Virus record (IMG/VR): IMGVR_UViG_3300037467_000548
Location: 1-47,401 of that record
Origin: a virus
Length of the DNA stretch: 47,401 nt
Direction: 5' to 3' (one strand)
Part shown: positions 15,421 through 23,394 of the stretch, piece after piece
Numbering within the stretch: position 1 is the first letter of the stretch
How the letters are laid out: the number at the start of each line of letters is the position of its first letter
Notes under the pieces: model-generated
Told to the model about the DNA's origin: nothing
The model's database searches: none
Seen by the model: the letters and a program-made list of their open reading frames with translations, nothing else
Position numbers and translations under genes: made by a program

Positions 15421-16498
15421 GTGCCGCGTTCTCGTCGCGGTCGCACATAAAGCCGCAGTCCTCGCAATTGAAGGTGCGGTCAGCAAGCGTGAGCTTTTCC
15501 TTCACGCTGCCACAGCAAGAACATGTCTTGCTGGAGGGATAGAAACGATCTGCCTCGACCAAGGCATTTGCCTTGTAGGCTAGCTGGCGCCGAATTTCGT
15601 AGAAGCCGACATCCGCGATATGCCGGGCCAAGCGACCGTTTCGAAGTAGATTGCGAACGGCGATGGTCTCGACGCCGATGCGTTCAGCCATGCCAGCTAT
15701 AGTAGCCGTCGCGTTGTGCTGGAAATTCGTTCGGATATCAGCGATCCGTTTTTGAAGTCGCGCCACCTTTGCCCGCGCTCGCCGCCTGCGCCCGGAACCA
15801 ACTTGGCGCCGGTGGAGGTTTCTGTTGGCCCTCCTTAGCTTGCGACGCTCCACATTCAGCCGTTCAATTAGATTGCTGCCTAAATCTGCTGATGCTCCAG
15901 CGCAGGCCACTTTGATCGGGGTCTTGATGCCGAGATCGACGCCAGCCGCTTTATTCTGGCGCGGCTGACTCTCTACGTTCGGTATGTCGAAGCTGATTGA
16001 GGCATACCATTTCCCAGCCTTCCGGCTGACTACCGCTCTGATGATCCTTGCGTCTGGCCAACGGCAAGCACGGCTGAGGCTTACCGCGCCGACCTTCATC
16101 AGCTTCAGCTTACCACCAGCAACTGCGCATTGATTGGCGAAGGCGACAACGAAGCTTTCCTTGGCTTTGCCCTTCGCCTTGAATCGCGGATATCTCGCTT
16201 GGCCGGTCCGGTAAGCCTCATAGGCTTGCGCTACAGCGAAGATGGCATGTTCTGGAACGAGTTTGGAAATATCAGTAATCCACGGCCACCTTTCGCGCTT
16301 GATGGCGTTGAACTGCCGCTGGAGCGCGTAGTTTGAAGGGAACGGGGATTGTTTGCCAGTCTGCCACCACTCGATAGCCTGGCGCTTCCACTCGTCTAGA
16401 GCCCAATTGTAGGCCATGCGCGCGATGCCGGCCGCACGAGCAAAGTATTCGGCCTGCGCCTTCGTCGGGTGCAATTGAAAAACTTGAGCCCGATGCAT
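15230..16498 (-). CDS. tnpB: TnpB (IS200/IS605-family OrfB, RNA-guided endonuclease); no tnpA present
   Basis: The N-terminus is MHRAQVFQLHPTKAQAEYF..RMAYNWAL. RuvC motifs are GVDLGIK, GVETIAVRNL and CDRDENAARNL. The zinc ribbon is CSCCG..CEDCG. Confidence 0.9.
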   Translation of the reverse strand: MHRAQVFQLHPTKAQAEYFARAAGIARMAYNWALDEWKRQAIEWWQTGKQSPFPSNYALQRQFNAIKRERWPWITDISKLVPEHAIFAVAQAYEAYRTGQARYPRFKAKGKAKESFVVAFANQCAVAGGKLKLMKVGAVSLSRACRWPDARIIRAVVSRKAGKWYASISFDIPNVESQPRQNKAAGVDLGIKTPIKVACAGASADLGSNLIERLNVERRKLRRANRNLHRRQVGSGRRRRARAKVARLQKRIADIRTNFQHNATATIAGMAERIGVETIAVRNLLRNGRLARHIADVGFYEIRRQLAYKANALVEADRFYPSSKTCSCCGSVKEKLTLADRTFNCEDCGFMCDRDENAARNLERMAADRAVTARGDGSPARRRKLTLRSLSVKREAAEQPLSEARRLLPRAAARFLSHEAER

Positions 16499-16845
16499 CA
16501 GCGCACCTTCGCCACGACGGCGTCCCATGCCTCTTGCGCTTCCTTTAGCGCGCGAAGTGAGTCCGCATCAACTTGACCGCGCTGGTAGATATTATAGGCC
16601 GCATTTGCCAACATAGCGCCAGGAGACTTCAGCGCCCTTGCCTCTGCAAGGGAGGACTCGGCGGCCTCACAGCGGGCAACGGCTTCGGAGGCAGTTAGAG
16701 CGGCTCGGGCCAGCCCATACCAATGTGGTTTGTGTTGCGACGGCCACAGCGCTTCGATCTTCTCCGGGCTAAGGTGTGGCTCGTTGGCCTTGGCAAAGAT
16801 GGCCTTCGCAGCGCGTTCCATCATAGCTTCAGTGGCATCAACCAT
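16498..16845 (-). CDS. Hypothetical protein (115 aa), paralog of 14750..15022
   Basis: C-terminal motif LANAAYNI...LRALKEAQEAWDA. Its TGA overlaps the tnpB ATG by 1 nt. Confidence 0.6.
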   Translation of the reverse strand: MVDATEAMMERAAKAIFAKANEPHLSPEKIEALWPSQHKPHWYGLARAALTASEAVARCEAAESSLAEARALKSPGAMLANAAYNIYQRGQVDADSLRALKEAQEAWDAVVAKVR

Positions 16846-17086
16846 TGGCCCGATCCTTTGCGGCGGTGCATTTCTGTGCTATATTTTTGAGCAGCCGCAT
16901 GGCGGCTTTATCACGCTCGCCTTCCGACAAAATGCCTCTTACGCCAAGTCTGCCGAGCGCTTTTCGGTCTTTCTCGAAATGCTCCAAGTCGTGCGCAGCG
17001 AGCGCCAAACCCTGCGCCTCAAGTTGCTCATGAAGTGTTGGCCCAAATGCGCCGACACACAGTTGTATCTGTCGACGCTCAGCCAT
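16838..17086 (-). CDS. Hypothetical protein (82 aa)
   Basis: An internal ATG at 17086 (MAERRQIQL...) overlaps the upstream gene end. Confidence 0.5.
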   Translation of the reverse strand: MAERRQIQLCVGAFGPTLHEQLEAQGLALAAHDLEHFEKDRKALGRLGVRGILSEGERDKAAMRLLKNIAQKCTAAKDRANG

Positions 17087-17390
17087 GTTGTGCTCCAAGG
17101 AAAGCGCTGGCGATCTTCTGCCTCTTGCGGAGTTCAGATCCAAGCTCAGCGAGTGGGATCAGCCGAGTTTCACCCTGTCCATCATAAGGAGCCGCTATTT
17201 TCGCAAGCACCTCTCGTGCCAGACTTAATTGTGCCTCCGCCTTCTCCCGCGCTTCACGCTCTTGGGAGAGGGCTGTACGGAGGGAGGCGATTTCGGCGGC
17301 GGCTTCCACGCACACCTCGACCTCGCGCTGATCGTGGTGAATTCCGCATTCCTGCCGATATGCTCGCAGCCGTTCGACCAGATCGATCAT
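17079..17390 (-). CDS. Coiled-coil hypothetical protein (103 aa)
   Basis: A clean ORF with a Glu/Ala/Arg-rich helix. Confidence 0.55.
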   Translation of the reverse strand: MIDLVERLRAYRQECGIHHDQREVEVCVEAAAEIASLRTALSQEREAREKAEAQLSLAREVLAKIAAPYDGQGETRLIPLAELGSELRKRQKIASAFLGAQHG

Positions 17391-18103
17391 ACCGCGAGCC
17401 CTCCACGAGAGATGGCGTCAAATCGCTTTGCTGCGATCTCACAGTATCGTTCGTCAATCTCGCATCCGACGCCCTGCCTACCTTCCAGCATAGCGGCTAT
17501 GAGGGTGCTGCCTGACCCCGCGAACGGGTCATAAACGACCTCGCCCATGACGCTGCTGCTCTCAATCATCTGCCGAAGGATATCCACGGGCTTTTCCGTA
17601 GGGTGGTGCATAGCGCCGCTTTGAGCGCGCTGGCTGCGCAAAACGCTGCCTTTGCGAAGGCGTGCTGAAAGATTTCCCTTCCCCTTTTCGCGGTTTGCCT
17701 TGCTAAATTCGTGGCATGCAAAAATGATTTTTTCATGCTGTAGCCCCCAAGGCTGTGTGAGATCGCCCATTCCAATAATCTCTTTGTCCCAAATCAGTTC
17801 TGTTATGCCAGATAGGGGTAGCTTTGAGAGGTCGAGCCTGCCGGAGAAAATATAGACATGCCTGTGGCGCCTGAGCCCTTTCAGAGCATGGGCGAGGCAA
17901 TCTTCGACAATCTCTGGCTGGTCGTCATTGAAGAGCATTCCCCATTTGGCGCCCGACATGCCGCTAATGAATGATTGTCCATATGGCGGGTCGGTCACTA
18001 TGAGATCTGAAGCAACCTCCACTGCGCGGCAGTCGCAATTGTAGAGCTTGATGCCGCCCGCATCATAGAACGGACTCAGCCGTTCGATCAGATCACCGGC
18101 CAT
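17387..18103 (-). CDS. DNA N6-adenine (beta-class) methyltransferase
   Basis: LIVTDPPYG (motif IV) precedes VYDPFAGSGSTLIAA (motif I). The start is taken at MAGDLIERL. Confidence 0.85.
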   Translation of the reverse strand: MAGDLIERLSPFYDAGGIKLYNCDCRAVEVASDLIVTDPPYGQSFISGMSGAKWGMLFNDDQPEIVEDCLAHALKGLRRHRHVYIFSGRLDLSKLPLSGITELIWDKEIIGMGDLTQPWGLQHEKIIFACHEFSKANREKGKGNLSARLRKGSVLRSQRAQSGAMHHPTEKPVDILRQMIESSSVMGEVVYDPFAGSGSTLIAAMLEGRQGVGCEIDERYCEIAAKRFDAISRGGLAV

Positions 18104-18104
18104 C

Positions 18105-19187
18105 TCAGCGGCTCCCCTGGTTGGCGGAGAGGGCGGCGTCGATGGCAGCGCGCATCCTGTAACGGAAACCATCGGCTGTGCGATCGTCGATGCTCATCCA
18201 CGCGCGAATGCCCGCGTCGATCTGCTCATCGGTCAGCGCCTTCAGCGTGTTGCTATCTACTGGCGGGGAGGCGACCTCATAGTGCCAAGCACCGTTGCCA
18301 TCGGCGACAGGGTTCAGGAATACGCCTGCCGTCGCTAGAGCGCTGTTCATTTTCGCAAGCTCTTGCTCCGTCCCTTGTGCTGGTAAGGGAGGGGTGGCGA
18401 ACTGGCCGAACTGCCGAAGGTATTTCCCATTCTCATCGAAGACGTTGCACATCGCCAGACATTCGGCGCATGGGCGCGTGTCTGAACAGCCTTCTGTGTC
18501 GCCACCACAGTACGAGCATAGCAGCAGAAACTGGCGCGGCTGTAAGTATGAATATCGTTCAAGAGGAGGCACCGCCACCGGCTCCGGTCCCTCCACAGGC
18601 TGCGGGGTGGGGAGGGCGACCGGCAACGCTGAACCAACTGGCTTCGCGGCCTGCTTGGCCCTGATCTTGTCCACCTTGGTCCAGATGCGCGCCAGTTCCG
18701 CCTCGCCGGCTTCATGCATGTTGAGATCGTGGGCGAGACAATACGCTGCAAGAGTGATCTGGACGCCGCCGACTTCCTGGAACGGCTCGCCAGCTTCCCG
18801 GCCCCACACATAGTCGCGAAGGGCAACGACGCGTGCCGGATCATACCCGCCTGACTGCAGAAGCTCGAACACCTCCTCAAGCAGCCGGTCGCCGCGCTCG
18901 ACGCGATCGCTGCTGATCTCTGGACCGAAGCACGCCATCATCCACGGCTGCACCCGAGCCTGCAGTTCCCCCGGTACTGGCTGTACGGACGAGAGGGCGC
19001 GACGGTTCCATGCTGCCCGACATTCATCAATTGGCGGGCCAGGCATGCAGTTTTCCGGAAATTTGGTGTCCGGGCCGCGCGCGCCACAGTCGCCGCACCA
19101 GACTGAGATACAGCCATTAGATGCGCCTTGAGCGACGAATGTACTATTGCAAAACGGGCACGGTTTTAGGCTTTCCATGGCGTTCAC
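18105..19187 (-). CDS. Lar-like zinc ribbon + MazG-like NTP pyrophosphohydrolase + Cys-rich C-terminal domain fusion (360 aa)
   Basis: LKPCPFCNS..CGDCGARGP..AAWNRRA is Lar-type. RLLEEVFELLQ..EVGGVQITLAAYC..AELARIW is MazG-like. The C-terminus carries CSYCGG..CSDTRPCAECLAMC. Confidence 0.7.
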   Translation of the reverse strand: MNAMESLKPCPFCNSTFVAQGASNGCISVWCGDCGARGPDTKFPENCMPGPPIDECRAAWNRRALSSVQPVPGELQARVQPWMMACFGPEISSDRVERGDRLLEEVFELLQSGGYDPARVVALRDYVWGREAGEPFQEVGGVQITLAAYCLAHDLNMHEAGEAELARIWTKVDKIRAKQAAKPVGSALPVALPTPQPVEGPEPVAVPPLERYSYLQPRQFLLLCSYCGGDTEGCSDTRPCAECLAMCNVFDENGKYLRQFGQFATPPLPAQGTEQELAKMNSALATAGVFLNPVADGNGAWHYEVASPPVDSNTLKALTDEQIDAGIRAWMSIDDRTADGFRYRMRAAIDAALSANQGSR

Positions 19188-19513
19188 GTGTACAGGTAAT
19201 GAAACATGCCCATGGGGCGGCGATAGTTAAAATAGTCGTTCTGGGTGCGATGGATGGCCCGAATGCTAGACAACCCGCGCCGGATGGACTGGATTTCCAT
19301 GACGCGCCCAAGGTTCGAGGTGTAGACCGTGACAGGCCCATATTCCGGGTCGCCCCAGCGGTGGGTCATCGCGTAGCGGCCTTCGCTCCGCGTCCACACC
19401 TCGCCGTCCAAGTCCACCTGCAAGACTCCGTCTTCGTAGACAATTGGCTCGACATTGTTTTTGGTCGTTAGCTCCACATAGGCGCGGTAATGAGTTTCTT
19501 GTGCGCTGGTCAT
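19184..19513 (-). CDS. Hypothetical protein (109 aa)
   Basis: GGAGG RBS before ATG 19513. This is the first gene downstream of the AT-rich 19514-19598 region. Confidence 0.6.
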   Translation of the reverse strand: MTSAQETHYRAYVELTTKNNVEPIVYEDGVLQVDLDGEVWTRSEGRYAMTHRWGDPEYGPVTVYTSNLGRVMEIQSIRRGLSSIRAIHRTQNDYFNYRRPMGMFHYLYT

Positions 19514-19598
19514 TTCATTGCCTCCAATCGTGTATCTGATTGAAAAGATATCGTGCATATGATATGAAGTCAATACCGTATACACGAAAAGGTGACAA
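19514..19598. promoter_or_regulatory. AT-rich divergent control region with palindromes (GATATC; CATAT-G-ATATG at 19556-19566; GTGTAT...ATACAC)
   Basis: This is the most AT-rich stretch I saw in the early arm. It lies between divergent starts at 19513 (-) and 19599 (+). Confidence 0.45.
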
Positions 19599-19805
19599 TT
19601 GACCGAAATTCATATACATGCTACCGCCGCTCGCGTGGGACGAAAGAAGCAATGGACCGAACGCATACAACTGCCGCTGGCGGAAGGCACGCTTGCGCGC
19701 ATAGATGGGCTGTTGCGCGATGATGAAGTGCGCCTCGACATGATCCGCGAAGCCATCGAACGCGAGATCAAGCGTCGCTCGCGGAAGTCGGATAGGGACG
19801 AGTAG
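19599..19805 (+). CDS. Ribbon-helix-helix (Arc/Mnt/CopG-like) DNA-binding protein, opposite in orientation to the surrounding operon
   Basis: ERIQLPLAEGTLARIDGLL...LDMIREAIEREIKRR. The start is TTG 19599 or GTG 19635. Confidence 0.6.
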   Translation: MTEIHIHATAARVGRKKQWTERIQLPLAEGTLARIDGLLRDDEVRLDMIREAIEREIKRRSRKSDRDE

Positions 19806-19806
19806 A

Positions 19807-20142
19807 TCATTCCGACCCTCCATACCGTCGTGTAGAAGCAAACCCGCGACCGCGAAGCTTGGCGTTGCCGAGGGGAGCTGGGAACACGCCGAGATGCTTG
19901 TCGCGGATGCGCTTCACCTTCTCGGTGATGCCCTTGTCGACTCCGGTTTTGATGCCGTGGCACTGGCGGCAAAGAAGCTGGCCGTTCTCGGTGGTATTCT
20001 CGCCGCCATAGCCTTGCGCCACGATATGATCGTACTCGCCTTCGCCGACCTTGAGCTTTGCCTGGCACTTCTCGCAGTGGCCGGTGGCACGGTTCCAAAT
20101 TTCGAGGCGCTGCTTGCGGGTGAATTCGAAGCGAGGCATCAT
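19807..20142 (-). CDS. HNH endonuclease (111 aa)
   Basis: GHCEKCQ..EYDHIVAQGYGGENTTENGQLLCRQCH. Only the 3' third of the track ORF is taken as coding. Confidence 0.85.
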   Translation of the reverse strand: MMPRFEFTRKQRLEIWNRATGHCEKCQAKLKVGEGEYDHIVAQGYGGENTTENGQLLCRQCHGIKTGVDKGITEKVKRIRDKHLGVFPAPLGNAKLRGRGFASTRRYGGSE

Positions 20143-20285
20143 CTCACCTCCTGCTTGTGCAGATGCCGGCTCACGGCCTTGACGCGAACTCGGTTCCGCA
20201 AAGCCACCTCGCGCCGCAGCAATGCCGTCATGGCCTCGCGCTTGCGGGAGACGTTTAGCTCTGAGAGGTGAGAAGGGCGTTTCAT
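20139..20285 (-). CDS. Small basic protein (48 aa)
   Basis: ATGA overlaps occur at both ends (MKRPSHLSELNVSRKREAMTALLRREV...). Confidence 0.4.
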   Translation of the reverse strand: MKRPSHLSELNVSRKREAMTALLRREVALRNRVRVKAVSRHLHKQEVR

Positions 20286-20917
20286 GCGGCTTCTGCCTTT
20301 CTGGCCGATCGCGCGATGCTGATGAGCAGATCGCGGAAGGGTTCAGGGGTAGCATTGCGGATGCGGGTTTTGTCCTTGCCGCCGACAGCCGCCATGACGC
20401 CGATGCGCCGTGCCTTGGCGTAGCCGTAGCGTTCGACGGCATAAGCTGGCAGACGCTGCTCCGCCCGGCCCCAGCGAAGCGACGGGAGTTCGTCTGCGAC
20501 CGCATAGAGCCAAGTGGGCTTGCGGCTGAAATGGCCGTAGTGCCCTTGCTCGACCTGGCATATCCAGCCGATGCCATCCCAGGATCGTGTCCAGCCGTCC
20601 GACGCTGGGCGCCCAAGGTGAAAGCTCTGCGGCCCGACGAATGCCTTGCTGTCCTTGGGATGCTCGATCACGCCGCCGAAGGTGCGGACGGCCCATAGGG
20701 CATGCTCAAAGCAGCCTCCGTCGTCACCTATCGCGGCGATCTTCCCCTTGATAGGGTGGTTCTCGGCGTAGCGTCCCCAGCGCTGGCAGGGCGGATGCGC
20801 CACGACTGACCACGGGCCGGAATACTGACGAGCATCGCGCGGCTCATCCCAGGGATCAATACCAGGCAGGCCGAAGTAGGAGCCGTCAGTCTCGACATAG
20901 AGTGCGGCGACGACCAT
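20282..20917 (-). CDS. PCQ-motif protein, C5-cytosine-methyltransferase-like without a recognisable SAM motif I
   Basis: AHPPCQRWG is motif IV-like, VIEHP is ENV-like, and NATPEPFRDLLISIA is motif X-like. Confidence 0.5.
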   Translation of the reverse strand: MVVAALYVETDGSYFGLPGIDPWDEPRDARQYSGPWSVVAHPPCQRWGRYAENHPIKGKIAAIGDDGGCFEHALWAVRTFGGVIEHPKDSKAFVGPQSFHLGRPASDGWTRSWDGIGWICQVEQGHYGHFSRKPTWLYAVADELPSLRWGRAEQRLPAYAVERYGYAKARRIGVMAAVGGKDKTRIRNATPEPFRDLLISIARSARKAEAA

Positions 20918-20920
20918 CGC

Positions 20921-21070
20921 TCAAACTCCCTTCGCCTGCGCATAAGAGGAACCGGCCGACGCCGCAGAGGCGGGATGCCCTGCTTCAATGGCGCCGGCCG
21001 CTGGCCCGCCGCTGGGGGTCGGGCTCACACCGGACGGGGCGTTAGCGGGGTGGTCCGGTGAATTGGTCAT
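20921..21070 (-). CDS. Possible 49-aa Pro/Ala/Gly/Ser-rich peptide
   Basis: The ATG overlaps the upstream TGA. The low-complexity sequence may be only a spacer. Confidence 0.2.
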   Translation of the reverse strand: MTNSPDHPANAPSGVSPTPSGGPAAGAIEAGHPASAASAGSSYAQAKGV

Positions 21071-21405
21071 GCGACTTTACCCATGGCGCGATAGTTGCTC
21101 TGGACAGTGCGCCAGGCTTCGATGACGGCCTCGCATTTGCTGCGCTGGTTGCGGTATTCTTCGTCGGCCTGTACAGCCGCGTAGAAGCCCTCGCAGGCGA
21201 TGCGGTAGTCCTCGTCAATCAGTGAAAGCGCCTCACGCTCAGCCACAGTTCCTTGGGCCTTTAGAAAAGCTCTGGCCTTGGTGGCGCGGCGTTCATCGTC
21301 TCGCCGTTCGCGCATGGCTCTCGCCGCTGCTGCCGGCTGTGCATGGCTTTCGAGCATGTCGAATGCTGCGTGCACAGTTTCATCCAAAATTACAAAGCGC
21401 ATCAT
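21067..21405 (-). CDS. Hypothetical protein (112 aa)
   Basis: A clean ORF in the operon. Confidence 0.6.
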   Translation of the reverse strand: MMRFVILDETVHAAFDMLESHAQPAAAARAMRERRDDERRATKARAFLKAQGTVAEREALSLIDEDYRIACEGFYAAVQADEEYRNQRSKCEAVIEAWRTVQSNYRAMGKVA

Positions 21406-21460
21406 GATCTTGGCCTTCCCGCCGGGACCATTCGCGATCCCGGCCTAGCTGGTGGCAAAT

Positions 21461-21883
21461 TCAGAACGGAATTTCCTCGTCCATGTCCGCAGACTGGTGC
21501 GGAGGCGGGTTCCGTTCGTCATACTGCTGGGTGCTGTTGCCGGCGCGCTGCGAGTTCAGCGGGCGATTCGGCGACTGACGCTTCGGCGGATAGATGCGGA
21601 TGGCCTCGACCGACTGGCCCTGGAAGTCGACGTAGGTCGTTCCGAGCATTACCGCCTTGCCGATCCAGTCGTCGGTCTCGTAGCCGTAGATCTTGGAGAT
21701 GTTGGTGGCGTTGGTCTTGTTGAGGATGATGCCTTTTTCCTCGCCCTCGTAATAGAGAACGGGGCGGACTTCCTTGTCCTTGCCGACTTCCTCTTCCACG
21801 ATCTCGGAAATGATGACAGTGGGCTGGCCGGCGATGTCGGACGCTTTGAGGTATTTGCTGGGGAAAGAGTCGTTGATGTTCAT
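21461..21883 (-). CDS. Non-canonical SSB-like protein with an acidic C-terminal tip
   Basis: It ends in DMDEEIPF, like the bacterial SSB tail DDDIPF, preceded by a Pro/Gln-rich linker. The N-terminal domain is not a canonical OB motif that I recognise. Confidence 0.55.
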   Translation of the reverse strand: MNINDSFPSKYLKASDIAGQPTVIISEIVEEEVGKDKEVRPVLYYEGEEKGIILNKTNATNISKIYGYETDDWIGKAVMLGTTYVDFQGQSVEAIRIYPPKRQSPNRPLNSQRAGNSTQQYDERNPPPHQSADMDEEIPF

Positions 21884-21928
21884 TTCAGTGGGTTCCTTTG
21901 GGTTGTGGCCTGAGCTTGTCGCGATGGC

Positions 21929-22438
21929 CTATTTGGTCCGAATGGTCAGACCCTCTGCGCCCGTCACAAGGATGGCCCCAGGTACGGGCTGCCCTGCGTC
22001 GAACGAAGCTTTGATGGCGGCCTTGTCGGCCTGCCGAATGGTTTTGAAATAGCCCTGTGGGAGGTCTTCCAGCTTATCGATGCCGACAGTCTGGCGGCCC
22101 TTGGTGAGGCTCAGGCTGGCATCGGGAAGGCTCACCTTGTCGAGTTTGGCCGCCTTCATCACCGCCTTGATAAGCTGGCGCATGGCGTCGCTCTTGCGCT
22201 CGTACCGAAAGCGGCGAGCAACGATGTCGACCTCTCGCGCCTTGATGGCGCCGACCATGGTTTCGGCTTCACGTTGCTCATTCAGAGCGCGTTCGATGAT
22301 CCGCATGGCGTCGGTCTCGCCTTCGATGGCGTCCGCCTGGAGAATGTCGTCTTCCTCAAGCTCGGGATATTCCGCAAGCAGCTTGCCGATCTCGGCTTTG
22401 ACAAAGGCGGCATCGAGGAAAAGATACTGGTCAGCCAT
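21929..22438 (-). CDS. Siphovirus Gp157-like protein
   Basis: The call rests on general similarity of length and helical N-terminus, from recollection only. Confidence 0.45.
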   Translation of the reverse strand: MADQYLFLDAAFVKAEIGKLLAEYPELEEDDILQADAIEGETDAMRIIERALNEQREAETMVGAIKAREVDIVARRFRYERKSDAMRQLIKAVMKAAKLDKVSLPDASLSLTKGRQTVGIDKLEDLPQGYFKTIRQADKAAIKASFDAGQPVPGAILVTGAEGLTIRTK

Positions 22439-22643
22439 CTATCGTGATCCTTTTGCGGCCGGCCTCTGCCATGATCATTTCAGCGATGATCTCCCGCGCG
22501 CCCTCGAAGCCGTAGACGCGGCACAAATCGCGAATGTTGGTTCTGGTCTGATATTCGAGATAGCCGGCACCGAAACGCTCATCGTTTGCCGTATCGGCCA
22601 GAGCTTCGGCGGTGCGGTATTCCCGGGTGAGGTGGTCGCTCAT
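22431..22643 (-). CDS. Hypothetical protein (70 aa)
   Basis: ATG 22643 overlaps the upstream TGA (ATGA). Confidence 0.5.
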   Translation of the reverse strand: MSDHLTREYRTAEALADTANDERFGAGYLEYQTRTNIRDLCRVYGFEGAREIIAEMIMAEAGRKRITIDG

Positions 22644-23059
22644 CGCGCATCCCTCCATTCCCTCAGCCTGACGATCTTGCGGTCGATGCTCGCCTTGCGC
22701 GCCACGGCATCGACATGGCTCTCGGAATAGTCGAGGCCGTCACGTTCCGTTTCGAGGTTGGAGATGAGCCGGTTGCGCTGCGCTGGTGTCATACGCATCA
22801 GCGAGGCAATGGCTTCATCATGGAGGCGCTGCGCCTCAGCGGCTTCGAACAGCCGGTATTCGATATCGTCCGTGCAGGCCTTCAGCGCCCTGGAGAAGCA
22901 CCAGTGAACAGACTGATGGCCGATCCATGCGATATACTTGCCGGGCGCCGGACGGGTGATGACGCGGCTTTCGTGGCCTAGCGATACAGTCCAGTAGCCG
23001 GGGCTTGTCTCAACGAAGCTCGCCTCGGTTGCGGCTGCGAAGGGGAGGATGATGCTCAT
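22640..23059 (-). CDS. Hypothetical protein (139 aa)
   Basis: A clean ORF. Confidence 0.6.
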   Translation of the reverse strand: MSIILPFAAATEASFVETSPGYWTVSLGHESRVITRPAPGKYIAWIGHQSVHWCFSRALKACTDDIEYRLFEAAEAQRLHDEAIASLMRMTPAQRNRLISNLETERDGLDYSESHVDAVARKASIDRKIVRLREWRDAR

Positions 23060-23364
23060 GGCTGAGCGCCTTCGGCTTTGGCGGCCCGGTCGAGCCGCTC
23101 AATTTCAGCCAGGATGAGCGCGCCAGCCTTGATGAGGTCGCGGCGGCGACTGGTAGGTTTCCACCACGCAAACGCCCATCCTGCAGGCCATCCCTGCGGG
23201 AACCCCTTCGCGCGCTCCTCGTCGCTTAGCCCGGCGTGGAACGCGTAACCAGCGCCAGCCCTAGCCATTTCGCCGTTGACGTGCATGTCGTCGTGATCGA
23301 GAGACCAACCTTCGGCTTCGATCTGACGCTTGCGTTCTGCTGCGATATCCTCAAGAGCGCTCAT
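23056..23364 (-). CDS. Conserved phage hypothetical protein (102 aa)
   Basis: GGAAGGA RBS, with ERKRQIEAEGWSLDHDD...WWKP...KAGALILAEIERLDR. Confidence 0.6.
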   Translation of the reverse strand: MSALEDIAAERKRQIEAEGWSLDHDDMHVNGEMARAGAGYAFHAGLSDEERAKGFPQGWPAGWAFAWWKPTSRRRDLIKAGALILAEIERLDRAAKAEGAQP

Positions 23365-23394
23365 CTTGTTTCCTTCCACCTGGCTTGCTGGGAG

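Noticed and set aside
20143-20616. The N-terminal 158 codons of the 269-aa track ORF 19807..20616.
   Set aside because: The upstream part is Ala/Arg/Ser junk overlapping two better-supported coupled genes. The HNH domain starts at the MMPRFEF methionines, which have an ATGA overlap.
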